Shown: piece by piece, positions 10,489 to 18,987 of the stretch
How positions within the stretch are numbered: position 1 is the stretch's first letter
Layout of the letters: every line of letters begins with the position of its first letter
Source: Pseudomonadota bacterium
GTDB lineage: Bacteria > Bdellovibrionota_B > Oligoflexia > Oligoflexales > RGVZ01
Direction: 5' to 3'
Length of the DNA stretch: 26,162 nt
Assembly (NCBI GenBank): GCA_041178085.1
Contig: JBEGVZ010000007.1
Coordinates: 1-26,162 of the forward strand
Notes under the pieces: generated by a model
What the model was told of the DNA's origin: nothing
What the model saw: the letters and a program-made list of their open reading frames with translations, nothing else
Database searches by the model: none
Made by a program: the position numbers and the translations under genes

Positions 10489-10542
10489 GCGACGTTAATG
10501 CCCGTAAAGAGCCCCTTACCTGAGATCGATCTGGACGATCTA
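10489..10542 (+). pseudogene. Degenerate relic of the HTH antitoxin C-terminus also seen at 11232 and 13987
   Basis: Translates ATLMPVKSPLPEIDLDDL versus LTLVRIKQVFPEIDLDDV; 19/21 nt match at 10519-10539. Confidence 0.55.
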
Positions 10543-10638
10543 AATATTTTCATCCATGCATTCGCACGCTGTTTATTTGCATGGATTTAATTTCAGATTC
10601 CCGCTGACCGGACGATCCTCCTCACAACGGAGGATGCG

Positions 10639-11169
10639 ATGAATTCAAATTATTTTAGCAATTTTTTCAAAATGACCATGACCTGTTTGGTTCTTTATGG
10701 CTGCGGAAGCGACAGCGGAGGAAGCCTCAGTGACACACCTACCGAAACCGGGACATCGGCTTCTAAGAGGACCGGGAAATATGCCCTCACAGACATTCTG
10801 GCAATTGATCGAGTCGACTACGAATCCTATCGCTACACAGTCAGCACAGGGTTCTGTGGCTTTCAATTATCTGAAAGCCAGAACGGCTGGTTTCTGTTGC
10901 AGGAAACCAATGATTGTAAATTGAAAGATGAATACGGGGATCTATATTCCCGAGTATCTTCCGGATCGTTCAAAATAAAATTGGACGCCTATGGCAGCCT
11001 TTCCGATGTGGACATGACTGGTGGTGGTACTTCGACCGACAACACATCCTCCTCGAATATTCTTGCCATGGACCTGACCTTTGGAACATCAAGCGCTGTC
11101 ATGAAAACAGTAGTCGAATTGTCGTCAGGGCTGGTTGTCGACTACACATATAATTTTTCTAAAAAGTGA
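10639..11169 (+). CDS. Hypothetical lipoprotein
   Basis: GGAGG RBS; lipobox-like LYGC followed by a G/S-rich linker. Confidence 0.75.
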   Translation: MNSNYFSNFFKMTMTCLVLYGCGSDSGGSLSDTPTETGTSASKRTGKYALTDILAIDRVDYESYRYTVSTGFCGFQLSESQNGWFLLQETNDCKLKDEYGDLYSRVSSGSFKIKLDAYGSLSDVDMTGGGTSTDNTSSSNILAMDLTFGTSSAVMKTVVELSSGLVVDYTYNFSKK

Positions 11170-11231
11170 CGGGACCAGACAACAACTCAAACGTGATCAG
11201 GATACGAAGGGTAATCGAACCTTTATACTTT

Positions 11232-11382
11232 CTACCAGCGCCTTGAGTCGGGGAGACGGCAAACCCCGAGTTGTTGACCCTGGTGCGCATCAAGCAGGTC
11301 TTCCCGGAGATCGACCTGGACGATGTGGTGGAGTGAGGGTTTGAAGATGGGCAACGAGTAGGTCCAGGCATACCAGTGGACC
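11232..11382 (+). repeat. Copy A of a ~150 bp repeat (3' end of an XRE-HTH/HicB-type antitoxin gene plus downstream DNA)
   Basis: Matches 13987-14138 with one substitution and a 1-nt indel; encodes YQRLESG..ANPELLTLVRIKQVFPEIDLDDVV*. Confidence 0.95.
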
Positions 11383-11515
11383 AGGCGACCACTGATTCCG
11401 TATTCCAAGGATGTCACTTCACTTTTAGATCAATGAAGCCCATTCTGACGGCCGAGCCGCAAGGTTCTGGTTGTCTATAATCTATATTTTATCTATATTT
11501 CTAAAAGAGTGAGCC

Positions 11516-11662
11516 ATGGATCTGGACTTCGAATGATTGAGCATGCACTCTGGGCTGCTTGTCGTGGTCCATGAGTATCAAGAGAGCGAATCGATCATCC
11601 GGATCATCTCAGCCAGGCTTGCGACGCGGCAAGAGAGGGAATTTCATGAAAAAACAGTATGA
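11516..11662 (+). pseudogene. BrnT-family toxin with an in-frame stop and internal deletion
   Basis: MDLDFE*LSMHSGLLVVVHEYQESESIIRIISARLATRQEREFHEKTV; the C-terminal IRIISAR motif is present, the middle is missing, and the end overlaps the BrnA start. Confidence 0.8.
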
Positions 11663-11864
11663 CCTGAAAAAAATGAAGGAACTGAAAAATCCTTATCCCG
11701 CGAAGAAAAAGAAGCTGGTCGGGATAAACCTGAGCCCCGAAGTCATCGACTATTTCAAGGGCCTTGCGACGGAGACGGGCATCCCCTACCAGAAACTGAT
11801 CGACCTCTACCTACTGGACTGCGCGCGGTCAAAAAAGAAGCTGTCGTTAAAATGGACGGCGTGA
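11646..11864 (+). CDS. BrnA-family antitoxin
   Basis: MKKQYDLKKMK..NPY...INLSPEVIDYFKGLATETGIPYQKLIDLYLLDC. Confidence 0.88.
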   Translation: MKKQYDLKKMKELKNPYPAKKKKLVGINLSPEVIDYFKGLATETGIPYQKLIDLYLLDCARSKKKLSLKWTA

Positions 11865-11889
11865 TTGCGACGACACGACAGGCGCCCTG

Positions 11890-11927
11890 CGGTCCAGCCA
11901 GCTTATTCCAGCAGGCCGTCTGGACCG
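11890..11927 (+). terminator. Possible hairpin after brnA
   Basis: CGGTCCAG ... CTGGACCG inverted repeat; no clear U-tract. Confidence 0.3.
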
Positions 11928-12014
11928 GGTGGCAGATACTTGATTTTACCAGCTAAACCCATATAATAACCATTGATGGCTTTTTTTGACGGCTATTTTA
12001 GCCAGGTGATGGCT

Positions 12015-13340
12015 ATGTATCGAAATTTCTTACATTTGCTGCAAAACAGGAGCCCGCGTAGCCGGGCCGTGCCGTTGATTGTCCGGGGGGCCCGCCAGGT
12101 AGGAAAAAGCCATACGATCAAGGAATACGGGCAAACGTCTTTTGAAAGTCTGGCCGAGGTCAACCTGGAGTTGAATCCGGCCTTACATTCGTGTTTTGCC
12201 TCTCTCAACCCCACGACCATTTGTCGCGAACTGGAAGCGCTTCTGAAGGTCAAATTCATCGACGGCAAAACCCTGCTGTTCATCGATGAACTCCAAACCT
12301 GCCCGGAAGCTCTGATGGCCCTGCGCGCATTCAAAGAACAGCGACCGGGACTTGATGTGATCGCCGCAGGATCTTTGCTTGAGTTCGCCCTGGACGAGTC
12401 CACCCTGCGATCTTTCCCGGTTGGGCGGGTCGGTTTTGCATGGATGCATCCCATGTCGTTCAGCGAATTCCTGAGGGCCATGAGCGAAGACAGCTTGCTG
12501 GATGCGTTACAAAGCGCGACGGTGGAAAAGCCGGTATCCCCGGCCATTCATCACAAACTCCTTGAACTGGTCCGGACCTACTACGTCATCGGCGGCATGC
12601 CGGAGGTTGTCGATACTTTCCGCGTTACCGGAAGCTATCTGGACGCGAAGCAAGTCCAGGCCCGCATCTTCATGGGGTATGTCGCCGATTTCGTCAAATA
12701 CGGAAGACGCTATGACTACCGTAAGCTGCAAACGATCCTGTCAAGCGTACCGCGGCTTGTTGGCGAGCAGATCAAATACACGCGTTTTGACCCGGATGTC
12801 CGGGCGAGGGATCTAAAACAGCCGCTGCTGGACCTGGAAAAGGCGGGGCTTATCCGGCTGGTGCGCGCAACCACGGCAAATGGCGTGCCCCTGGGTGCCG
12901 GCGAACGCGAAGGAAAATTCAAGGCGCAATTTCTGGACATCGGCCTGATGCTCAACGCCTTGGGGCTGAACCTTGGGAGCATGCCGCTCGAAGACGCCCT
13001 CTTCGCCAACGAGGGATCCCTTGCGGAGCAATTTGTCGGTCAGGAACTTCTGGTAAACGAATCCCCCGACGTGGCGCCAGGGCTTTACTACTGGAGCCGG
13101 GAGGCGGCCGGATCCAGCGCAGAGGTGGACTTTGTCATCGCCAGGGGTGACGCTGTCATTCCGGTCGAAGTAAAGGCCGGCAAAACAGGCACCATGCGTT
13201 CCCTGGGACTGTTCATGAAAGAGAAAAAGTCACGCGTCGGCGTACGGATCAGTCAACAACCGCTCTCGCTTCATGGCGCCATCCTTTCCGTGCCCTTTTA
13301 CATGTGTTCCCAGATCCATCGCCTGCTGGATGCTGGATGA
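12015..13340 (+). CDS. AAA_14 ATPase with a DUF4143 C-terminal domain
   Basis: GARQVGKS Walker A, LFIDELQ Walker B, AGS, GGMPE, AEVDFVI...PVEVKAG; AGGTG before ATG 12015. Confidence 0.9.
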   Translation: MYRNFLHLLQNRSPRSRAVPLIVRGARQVGKSHTIKEYGQTSFESLAEVNLELNPALHSCFASLNPTTICRELEALLKVKFIDGKTLLFIDELQTCPEALMALRAFKEQRPGLDVIAAGSLLEFALDESTLRSFPVGRVGFAWMHPMSFSEFLRAMSEDSLLDALQSATVEKPVSPAIHHKLLELVRTYYVIGGMPEVVDTFRVTGSYLDAKQVQARIFMGYVADFVKYGRRYDYRKLQTILSSVPRLVGEQIKYTRFDPDVRARDLKQPLLDLEKAGLIRLVRATTANGVPLGAGEREGKFKAQFLDIGLMLNALGLNLGSMPLEDALFANEGSLAEQFVGQELLVNESPDVAPGLYYWSREAAGSSAEVDFVIARGDAVIPVEVKAGKTGTMRSLGLFMKEKKSRVGVRISQQPLSLHGAILSVPFYMCSQIHRLLDAG

Positions 13341-13469
13341 TCTCAACCTGATGGGATTGGGTGACATCCAATACCCGTGGCGTCCGCCTTCCCTGATCCA
13401 TCAAGATCATCGCCAGTTGGCGAGTGATCGTCTCTTGCCATATTTAGCAATTTATTGCAGGATACTGAC

Positions 13470-13538
13470 ATGCGGCGACGCTCGTACGGAATCGCCCTTC
13501 GCGTGAATGGACGGCTGATAAAAGAGGTAGTCCTGTGA
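13470..13538 (+). pseudogene. Probable truncated toxin (22-aa N-terminal stub)
   Basis: MRRRSYGIALRVNGRLIKEVVL*; it follows a palindromic operator and its stop overlaps the antitoxin GTG. Toxin identity is inferred from position. Confidence 0.5.
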
Positions 13539-13876
13539 AGTCAAAGAAGCGTGCGAAGAGGGCTTTTCCGGACGATAAGACTTTGGATCGCGTCCGCAAG
13601 AAGCTGTCGGCGAAAAGTTACTCTGGCGGAAACCTGGCCCTGCCCGAGGGGGCGTCAGAGGTGGAACGGGCGAAGTACCAGATCTGCCAGATGATCGCGA
13701 AATACCAGAGAGAAAATGAGATCAAGCAAAAGGACCTGGCAAAAAAGCTGAGGGTCCACGAGGCGCGGGTCAGCCAGATCCTGCGCGGCCGCATAACCAC
13801 GTTCACCCTTGATCGTCTGATCACCTACGCGGCGCGCCTTTACCCTGGATTCAAACTGGACATCCGGGCGGCGTGA
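13535..13876 (+). CDS. XRE-family HTH antitoxin (HTH_37-like)
   Basis: IKQKDLAKKLRVHEARVSQILRGRITTFTLDRLITY. Confidence 0.85.
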   Translation: MKSKKRAKRAFPDDKTLDRVRKKLSAKSYSGGNLALPEGASEVERAKYQICQMIAKYQRENEIKQKDLAKKLRVHEARVSQILRGRITTFTLDRLITYAARLYPGFKLDIRAA

Positions 13877-13882
13877 CTCCGC

Positions 13883-13942
13883 ATACCGCGACCAGTTTGT
13901 CCTGTCGGACGCGGAATTAGCGGCGGGGTTGGTGCGGATGAC
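13883..13942 (+). repeat. 60-bp copy of the 5' region of the formylglutamate amidohydrolase gene
   Basis: 56/60 identical to 9777-9836. Confidence 0.95.
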
Positions 13943-14138
13943 CCAGAAAGAGGCGGCGAGGCTGCTGGGATGAAGAACATCTGCAGCTACCAGCGCCTTG
14001 AGTCGGGGAAGACGGCAAACCCCGAGTTGTTGACCCTGGTGCGCATCAAGCAGGTCTTCCCGGAGATCGACCTGGACGATGTGGTGGGGTGAGGGTTTGA
14101 AGATGGGCAACGAGTAGGTCCAGGCATACCAGTGGACC
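13938..14138 (+). pseudogene. Frameshifted XRE-HTH fragment (HicB-HTH C-terminus-like) plus downstream DNA; includes copy B of the 150-bp repeat
   Basis: MTQKEAARLLG, frameshift, then MKNICSYQRLESGKTANPELLTLVRIKQVFPEIDLDDVVG*. Confidence 0.8.
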
Positions 14139-14295
14139 GGGCGAAGCCTTGCTGTACCGCTGATTGTCCGTGACGGACATGAAGCGTCACTTCCCATTTC
14201 CCATGCGATTGGCAACATGAGTCCGGTGCAATCGGGACTCCGACTGGGCGGGATTGCGAGTAGTATCATTTTTTGATATCACCGGAGAGGCTGCT

Positions 14296-14568
14296 ATGGG
14301 CGATTTGCTGGGGAAGCTGGCTGCCGGGGGACGACTCAACGCACGAGAGGTGCGGCAGGTCCTGCGCAGTCTCGGCTACAGCTTGGCAAGGCGTCGGGGC
14401 AGCCATGAGCAATGGGTGAAATCAGGGCGGACGTTCACGGTTGCCTGCCACGGGAAAGACGTCCCCTGGTACCTGCTGGACGCGCTGAGAAACATCGCCG
14501 GGGAAAATCATGAAAAAGAAGGCGCGGTCGAAACAAGGGAATGCCATGGCGACAAGAAAGAGACCTGA
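14296..14568 (+). CDS. hicA: HicA-family toxin
   Basis: EVRQVLRSLGYSLARRRGSHEQW...TVACHGKDV; GSH catalytic motif; GGAGAGG RBS. Confidence 0.85.
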   Translation: MGDLLGKLAAGGRLNAREVRQVLRSLGYSLARRRGSHEQWVKSGRTFTVACHGKDVPWYLLDALRNIAGENHEKEGAVETRECHGDKKET

Positions 14569-14974
14569 GCGATCCGACGGGGGTTTGAATACCCAGCGGG
14601 TACGGCGAAGGACAACCAGAGGCGGCGTTGATCCGGACGCGTTGGAGTACCAGGTCAATATCGCGTTTGATTCGCGGGACGGGATCTACGTCGCCAGGGT
14701 GCCTGAACTGGAGAATTGTCACACCCACGGTGATACGCCCGAGAAGGCTCTCGCCAATGCGAGGGCGGCTATTGAACTCTGGGTCGACACGGCGCGGCGT
14801 AGGGGAAAGCCTGTGCCTGAGCCCATTTCGCGGCGTAAATTCTCCGGGCGGTTTGTCTTGAGAACGAGCGAGGCCTTGCACGCAAGACTGGCTCACGTCG
14901 CCCTGAACAAGGGCCAGAGCATGAACGACCTGGTGGTGGAAATCCTTGAACAGAAAATAAGGGATGCGGGGTAA
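14510..14974 (+). CDS. hicB: HicB-family antitoxin with a C-terminal RHH
   Basis: YVARVPELENCHTHGDTPEKALANARAAIELW...PVPEP...FSGRFVLRTSEALHARLA. Confidence 0.92.
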   Translation: MKKKARSKQGNAMATRKRPERSDGGLNTQRVRRRTTRGGVDPDALEYQVNIAFDSRDGIYVARVPELENCHTHGDTPEKALANARAAIELWVDTARRRGKPVPEPISRRKFSGRFVLRTSEALHARLAHVALNKGQSMNDLVVEILEQKIRDAG

Positions 14975-14979
14975 AAGGC

Positions 14980-15075
14980 GAGGTTATCCCGGTGAGGTAG
15001 ATGAAACTTGCTATATGCTGGTGGGGATCCACGAGGGGCGGCTCATCCGGGGAATTGATTTCGCCGTGATGCAAA
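14980..15075 (+). pseudogene. Possible BrnT internal fragment
   Basis: EVIPVR/VDETCYMLVGIHEGRL..GIDF resembles BrnT central and N-terminal motifs; GAATTGATTT is shared with the ~19423 relic. Confidence 0.35.
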
Positions 15076-15222
15076 GTGGCAGCCGTCGAAGCGTGCCGGC
15101 AAATGTCACTTCTTCGCGACACCTATGTCGATTAGCCATCAAATGACGGTGGGATGACACCGACGTTTTATACCTTGAACAGGTATACCGATTTTTGGTA
15201 TTCTGGGAAAGCTCGGGGATAG

Positions 15223-15516
15223 ATGGCAATCTGTGGATTCGCGGATAAATTGACGGAAGATTTCTTTTATAGCGGCATTGCGCCACACTCCGTAGGCTGG
15301 CGTTTCGTAGCTCAAATTGCGGCTAGAAAGCTTGACTACCTCGATTACGCCGCCACGCTGTCAGATCTTGCGGCACCTCCTGGTAACCGCCTTGAGGCGC
15401 TTTACGGGACACTTGATGGCTTTCATAGCATCAGGATAAATCGCCAGTGGCGACTGGTATTCCGGTGGACAGAGGATGGCCCTGACCAGGTGAGTCTCAT
15501 CGACTATCACCGTTGA
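15223..15516 (+). CDS. higB: HigB (RelE-like plasmid maintenance killer) toxin
   Basis: ARKLDYLDYA..LSDLAAPPGNRLEALYGTLDGFHSIRINRQWRLVFRW...IDYH. Confidence 0.93.
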   Translation: MAICGFADKLTEDFFYSGIAPHSVGWRFVAQIAARKLDYLDYAATLSDLAAPPGNRLEALYGTLDGFHSIRINRQWRLVFRWTEDGPDQVSLIDYHR

Positions 15517-15535
15517 ACCGATAGAGGCAAAACCA

Positions 15536-15829
15536 ATGAACATGAAACGAATTCGAAGACCGACCGGACCGGGAGAGATTTTGCGCGATGATTTCCTGCG
15601 CCCGATGAACATCACCCAGAAGAGGCTGGCCGATCATCTGGGCATCGACATCAAGACTGTCAACCGGATCGTGAACGGACGATCACCGGTTACGCCGGAG
15701 CTGGCGATCATGTTGGGGCTGACGTTCGGCACGACGCCCCTTCTGTGGATCAACGCCCAGCTGGCCGTCGACATGCACGACGCGGAAAAGAACCTGAAGT
15801 ACCGACCAGGAAGACTGAAGGCTGTTTGA
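15536..15829 (+). CDS. higA: HigA antitoxin
   Basis: PGEILRDDFLRPMNITQKRLADHLGI..VNRIVNGRSPVTPELAIMLGLTFGTTPLLWINAQ. Confidence 0.93.
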   Translation: MNMKRIRRPTGPGEILRDDFLRPMNITQKRLADHLGIDIKTVNRIVNGRSPVTPELAIMLGLTFGTTPLLWINAQLAVDMHDAEKNLKYRPGRLKAV

Positions 15830-15929
15830 TTCCCCTTCTCGACTGTGTTCGGACCATGACTCCGCCGGCAGAGTCCGCGGACGACAACAGAAGTCACTTC
15901 ATTCCATCGTGACCATCCGGTCATTCTGC
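15791..15929 (+). repeat. Copy 1 of a ~140-bp higA-tail/hairpin/GAAGTCACTTC repeat
   Basis: Homologous to 18060-18205 and 19152-19295; core CCATGACTCCG-N4-C(G/A)GAGTC..GAAGTCACTTCATTCCAT..CATTCTGC. Confidence 0.9.
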
Positions 15930-16033
15930 ACCGGTGACCCTGCTGGGGTTGGCCGGACGTGTGCCACGAGCATTGCACCTCGGCTTTACTATTGACTGAA
16001 CTTGGTAACCAAGTTACCAAAGGAGAGGTGGGA

Positions 16034-16261
16034 ATGGCTGGTGTGACGCGTCAATTGCTGGCCAGAATCAAAGAAAAGGCTGCAGATGGCGATTACCTGA
16101 TCTTGCCTCATGCGATACAGCGTGGACTTGAGCGCCAGATCTCGGACATGGATATCACCCATGCACTTGTTATGGGTGAGCATGAGAGCCACCGGGACGT
16201 GTACCGATCTGATTTTCGAGCCTGGAATCGTGCGATCAAGGCCCCGATCGATGGAAGTTGA
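16034..16261 (+). pseudogene. DUF4258 (BrnT-like fold) toxin, probably C-terminally truncated
   Basis: AGGAGAGG RBS; YLILPHAIQRGLERQISDMDITHAL..GEHE...WNRAIK; stops at 75 aa, before the expected terminal beta strands. Confidence 0.6.
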
Positions 16262-16274
16262 TGAGGTCTGATTG

Positions 16275-16745
16275 ATGACCGCTCTCGGAGAAAAAAAAAC
16301 GCTGAAGCGCCTCGTTGACCACAGCCTTGGACTTGAGGTGGTGATCGTCAACGCACCCGTGGTGCGAGTACGGGGCGAGTGGACTTTGAACGTCAACCGC
16401 AATGTGTATCGCGAGGCCGTCTTGCGTCACCTGGTGCGAGATCCGCGGCGGATGACGGGGGATCAAGTTGCATTCGTAAGGAAATGCTTTGGCATGACAT
16501 CACGGGCATTCGCAGGGCGCCTTGGCGTCAAGCACACGGCCGTCTTGAAATGGGAATCCAGAAAGCAATACCCGACGGACATGGCATGGACGACCGAGAA
16601 GGAGATCCGGATGTCGATTCTCGACTCGGTAGAGAAGAGTGCGACGCGATTCCGCGAAATCTGGCGGTCCTTAGGTGCCATGGAAGATGAGAACGGACGC
16701 GCAGCCACCGAGATCCAGATCGATGGGGCGGACTTGGCGGCTTGA
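16275..16745 (+). CDS. MqsA-like HTH antitoxin
   Basis: VVIVNAPV...MTGDQVAFVRKCFGMTSRAFAGRLGVKHTAVLKWE. Confidence 0.82.
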   Translation: MTALGEKKTLKRLVDHSLGLEVVIVNAPVVRVRGEWTLNVNRNVYREAVLRHLVRDPRRMTGDQVAFVRKCFGMTSRAFAGRLGVKHTAVLKWESRKQYPTDMAWTTEKEIRMSILDSVEKSATRFREIWRSLGAMEDENGRAATEIQIDGADLAA

Positions 16746-16766
16746 GTCTTTACAGGCGAAGATTGA

Positions 16767-17195
16767 TCACCACCGTAGCCGGAAATCATAGATCGCGTTG
16801 TTGAGAAATTCACGCCACGAACCTGTATCCCGCTCCACACGGCGCAGCAAAAACCCCTTGTGCTCCGCGCATACGGCGGACAGCGCGTCTAGAAACTGCT
16901 CATGAGTCCATGGCAGGTCCTCGCGATCAGCCAGCTGGCTGCACCCCATCATCGCCATGAAGACATGGCCTTCTGTGGGCAGGGGGGCGCCCGTCTCGCG
17001 CCGGATCGTCTCAAACCGGATCAGGATGCGCGCAACGATGTTTGCGCGCGATGGGGTGTAACTCCCCTTGACGACTTGCGTAATGGCATCCATCGATGCC
17101 ATACCGCCCCTGCGAAATGCAATATAACGCCGCGCGCGCTCACTCAACAGCGCAACAATCTGTTCATGGGTCGGTGCAATTGCAAGCCTCAGCAT
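16767..17195 (-). CDS. Hypothetical protein
   Basis: 142 aa; GGGAGG RBS and GCCGATAG upstream. Confidence 0.55.
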   Translation of the reverse strand: MLRLAIAPTHEQIVALLSERARRYIAFRRGGMASMDAITQVVKGSYTPSRANIVARILIRFETIRRETGAPLPTEGHVFMAMMGCSQLADREDLPWTHEQFLDALSAVCAEHKGFLLRRVERDTGSWREFLNNAIYDFRLRW

Positions 17196-17367
17196 ATAGG
17201 TCGGGCCTCCCGTTAATACGAGTCAAAGAAGGCCTTCTATCGGCCCGCCGCGTGACAGCAGTGGACAAACCTACCGTGCGTCTGCACCTAGGGAGGTAAT
17301 ACTGAAAAAAAACACTTTGACCTCTGGTGTCACACCCTGTGTCGAAGAGCCCGGACGGAGGTGCAAC

Positions 17368-17799
17368 ATGGGATCACATTTTGACGTCATACAGAAACAG
17401 TCCCCGAACAGGGACAAAAATCCACTTCAGCTTTCGTACCCTTACGTCGTCCAGCGACTGGTCAAGATTGTCGCCTTGATACACGAGGTTGTCACCGAGC
17501 CCGCCACCCGGGCTGCCGATACCGCCGCACCAGTCGCCACTGCGATCCACTGGCGGGGGCGCGGTGATGCATGGCTGGTCGTGCCGCGAAGGGATGACGC
17601 CACAGAGACGCCGGCACAGCTGGAAGAGCGGATCATCAAGTTCCTGCAAGGGGAGGTCGCCCGCAACGGTCGCGAGATGTGCCTGGTCACATCAGATACA
17701 AGCTGCATCCACATACGCCAAGACGGGCGCTTGGAGCCATCGGATAAGATTCCGCAAGAAGGGTTACTGCTACTTATCTCTTCCATGGAGGACGGATAG
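17368..17799 (+). CDS. Hypothetical protein
   Basis: GGAGGTG RBS before ATG 17368; divergent from the previous ORF. Confidence 0.55.
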   Translation: MGSHFDVIQKQSPNRDKNPLQLSYPYVVQRLVKIVALIHEVVTEPATRAADTAAPVATAIHWRGRGDAWLVVPRRDDATETPAQLEERIIKFLQGEVARNGREMCLVTSDTSCIHIRQDGRLEPSDKIPQEGLLLLISSMEDG

Positions 17800-17853
17800 G
17801 GCACCGCCCCCCGCAATTCCGCGGTAACCCCATCCATCAACACCGCGACCGCT
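17799..17853 (+). repeat. ~55-bp C-rich direct repeat, copy 1
   Basis: Matches 19762-19817 (GGGCACCGCCCCC..CAATTCCGCGG..CCCCATCCA.CAACACCGCGACCGCT). Confidence 0.9.
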
Positions 17854-18098
17854 TTGGAAAGAGACTGAAACAATCCGGGTTGACTCAGTCGGCCCTGGCA
17901 AGCCATGCCGGAACATCCCAGGCCAATGTCAACCGGATCGTGAACGGACGATCACCGGTTACGCCGGAGCTGGCGATCATGTTGGGGCTGACGTTCGGCA
18001 CGACGCCCCTTCTGTGGATCAACGCCCAACTGGCCGTCGACATGCATGACGCGGAAAAGAACCTGAAACACCGGCCAGGAAGATTGAAGGCGGGCTGA
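17854..18098 (+). pseudogene. Chimeric HTH antitoxin: 5' part from the 18676 HTH, 3' part from higA
   Basis: 17854-17945 is 88/92 identical to 18788-18879; 17927-18067 has 2 mismatches versus 15658-15798; the fusion is in frame, with a possible TTG start at 17880. Confidence 0.9.
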
Positions 18099-18205
18099 TT
18101 CCACCCTTCCCCACTCTGCTCACACCATGACTCCGCTGGCGGAGTCAGCGGATGACATCAGAAGTCACTTCATTCCATAACGAAGACCGAAGCATTCTGC
18201 CCATG
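18060..18205 (+). repeat. Copy 2 of the higA-tail/hairpin/GAAGTCACTTC repeat
   Basis: Hairpin TGACTCCG-ctgg-CGGAGTCA at 18128-18147; GAAGTCACTTC at 18161-18171. Confidence 0.9.
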
Positions 18206-18359
18206 TGAGGCGGCCAATAGAGGCCAAACTGCGGGGGTGGGCAAGTGTGTACATGTGTTTTGACGGGTGGCTGCAAGGCAAATCCCATTGGAACATTCCT
18301 GTCGACACGACCAACCGGTATATGCTATTTTCAGCATAGTTTCGCAAGCGGTTGCCACA

Positions 18360-18701
18360 ATGGCAATTGAGGTCCACCGCCGTGCCTTGCGGGACGTGGG
18401 AAGGTTTCCAGACGATATCCTGTCGCAAGCAAAGGAGGCTTTCAGGTTTCTTGAATCAGGTGTGATGCTGACCATGCCTCTTTCAAGGCCAATGCCGTCC
18501 ATCTGAAGGAACGCCCATGAGTTAAGGATTGTGGGGCGAGGTGGCCAATACCGGATCATTTACGTTCTGCTGGGTGGGGGCGACATATTTATCCCGCATT
18601 GTTTTCAAAAGAAAAAAGAGTCCACCCCACTAAAGGACCTGAACGTTGCGAAAAGCAGGACAAAGGAATTCATCCATGCCACGCACCACCGTGAATTTTA
18701 A
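18360..18701 (+). pseudogene. RelE/ParE (Gp49-like) toxin with an in-frame TGA at 18504-18506
   Basis: ...LTMPLSRPMPSI*RNAHELRIVGRGGQYRIIYVL....IPHCFQKKKESTPLKDLNVAKSR; the frame continues intact past the stop. Confidence 0.9.
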
Positions 18702-18987
18702 AAGTAGCGACGAGCTGTTTGCCAAGGCCGGAATGTCCGCTGGGGAAATCCTGATCGCGAACTTCCGGGTGGCGGTCTGCCTTGAGATTGGAAAGAGACT
18801 GAAACAATCCGGGCTAACTCAGTCGACCCTGGCAAGCCATGCCGGAACATCCCAGGCCAATGTCAGCCGGATCGTGAACCGGGACATCGGCAAACTTTCG
18901 ACAGATCTACTGCTGCGCGTCTTGGTTGAACTAGGCGGTCGACCATCCTTGGTGTCCCGGGCGCAGGGTCCGAAGCGCGCCGGATAG
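18676..18987 (+). CDS. XRE-family HTH antitoxin
   Basis: AAGGA RBS; GLTQSTLASHAGTSQANVSRIVNRDIGKLSTDLLLRVLVELG. Confidence 0.87.
   Translation: MPRTTVNFKSSDELFAKAGMSAGEILIANFRVAVCLEIGKRLKQSGLTQSTLASHAGTSQANVSRIVNRDIGKLSTDLLLRVLVELGGRPSLVSRAQGPKRAG

Noticed and set aside
13347..13375. Weak similarity to 19096-19122 (CCTG.TGG..TTGGG.TGAC)
   Set aside because: Too short and gapped to distinguish from chance by eye.
13655..14269. 204-aa minus-strand ORF and the related 11159-11417 ORFs
   Set aside because: They are antisense readings across the HTH gene and repeat fragments, which the plus-strand relics explain.
18360..18701. TGA recoding (genetic code 4/25 or selenocysteine)
   Set aside because: Many intact genes here terminate at TGA at the expected family ends.
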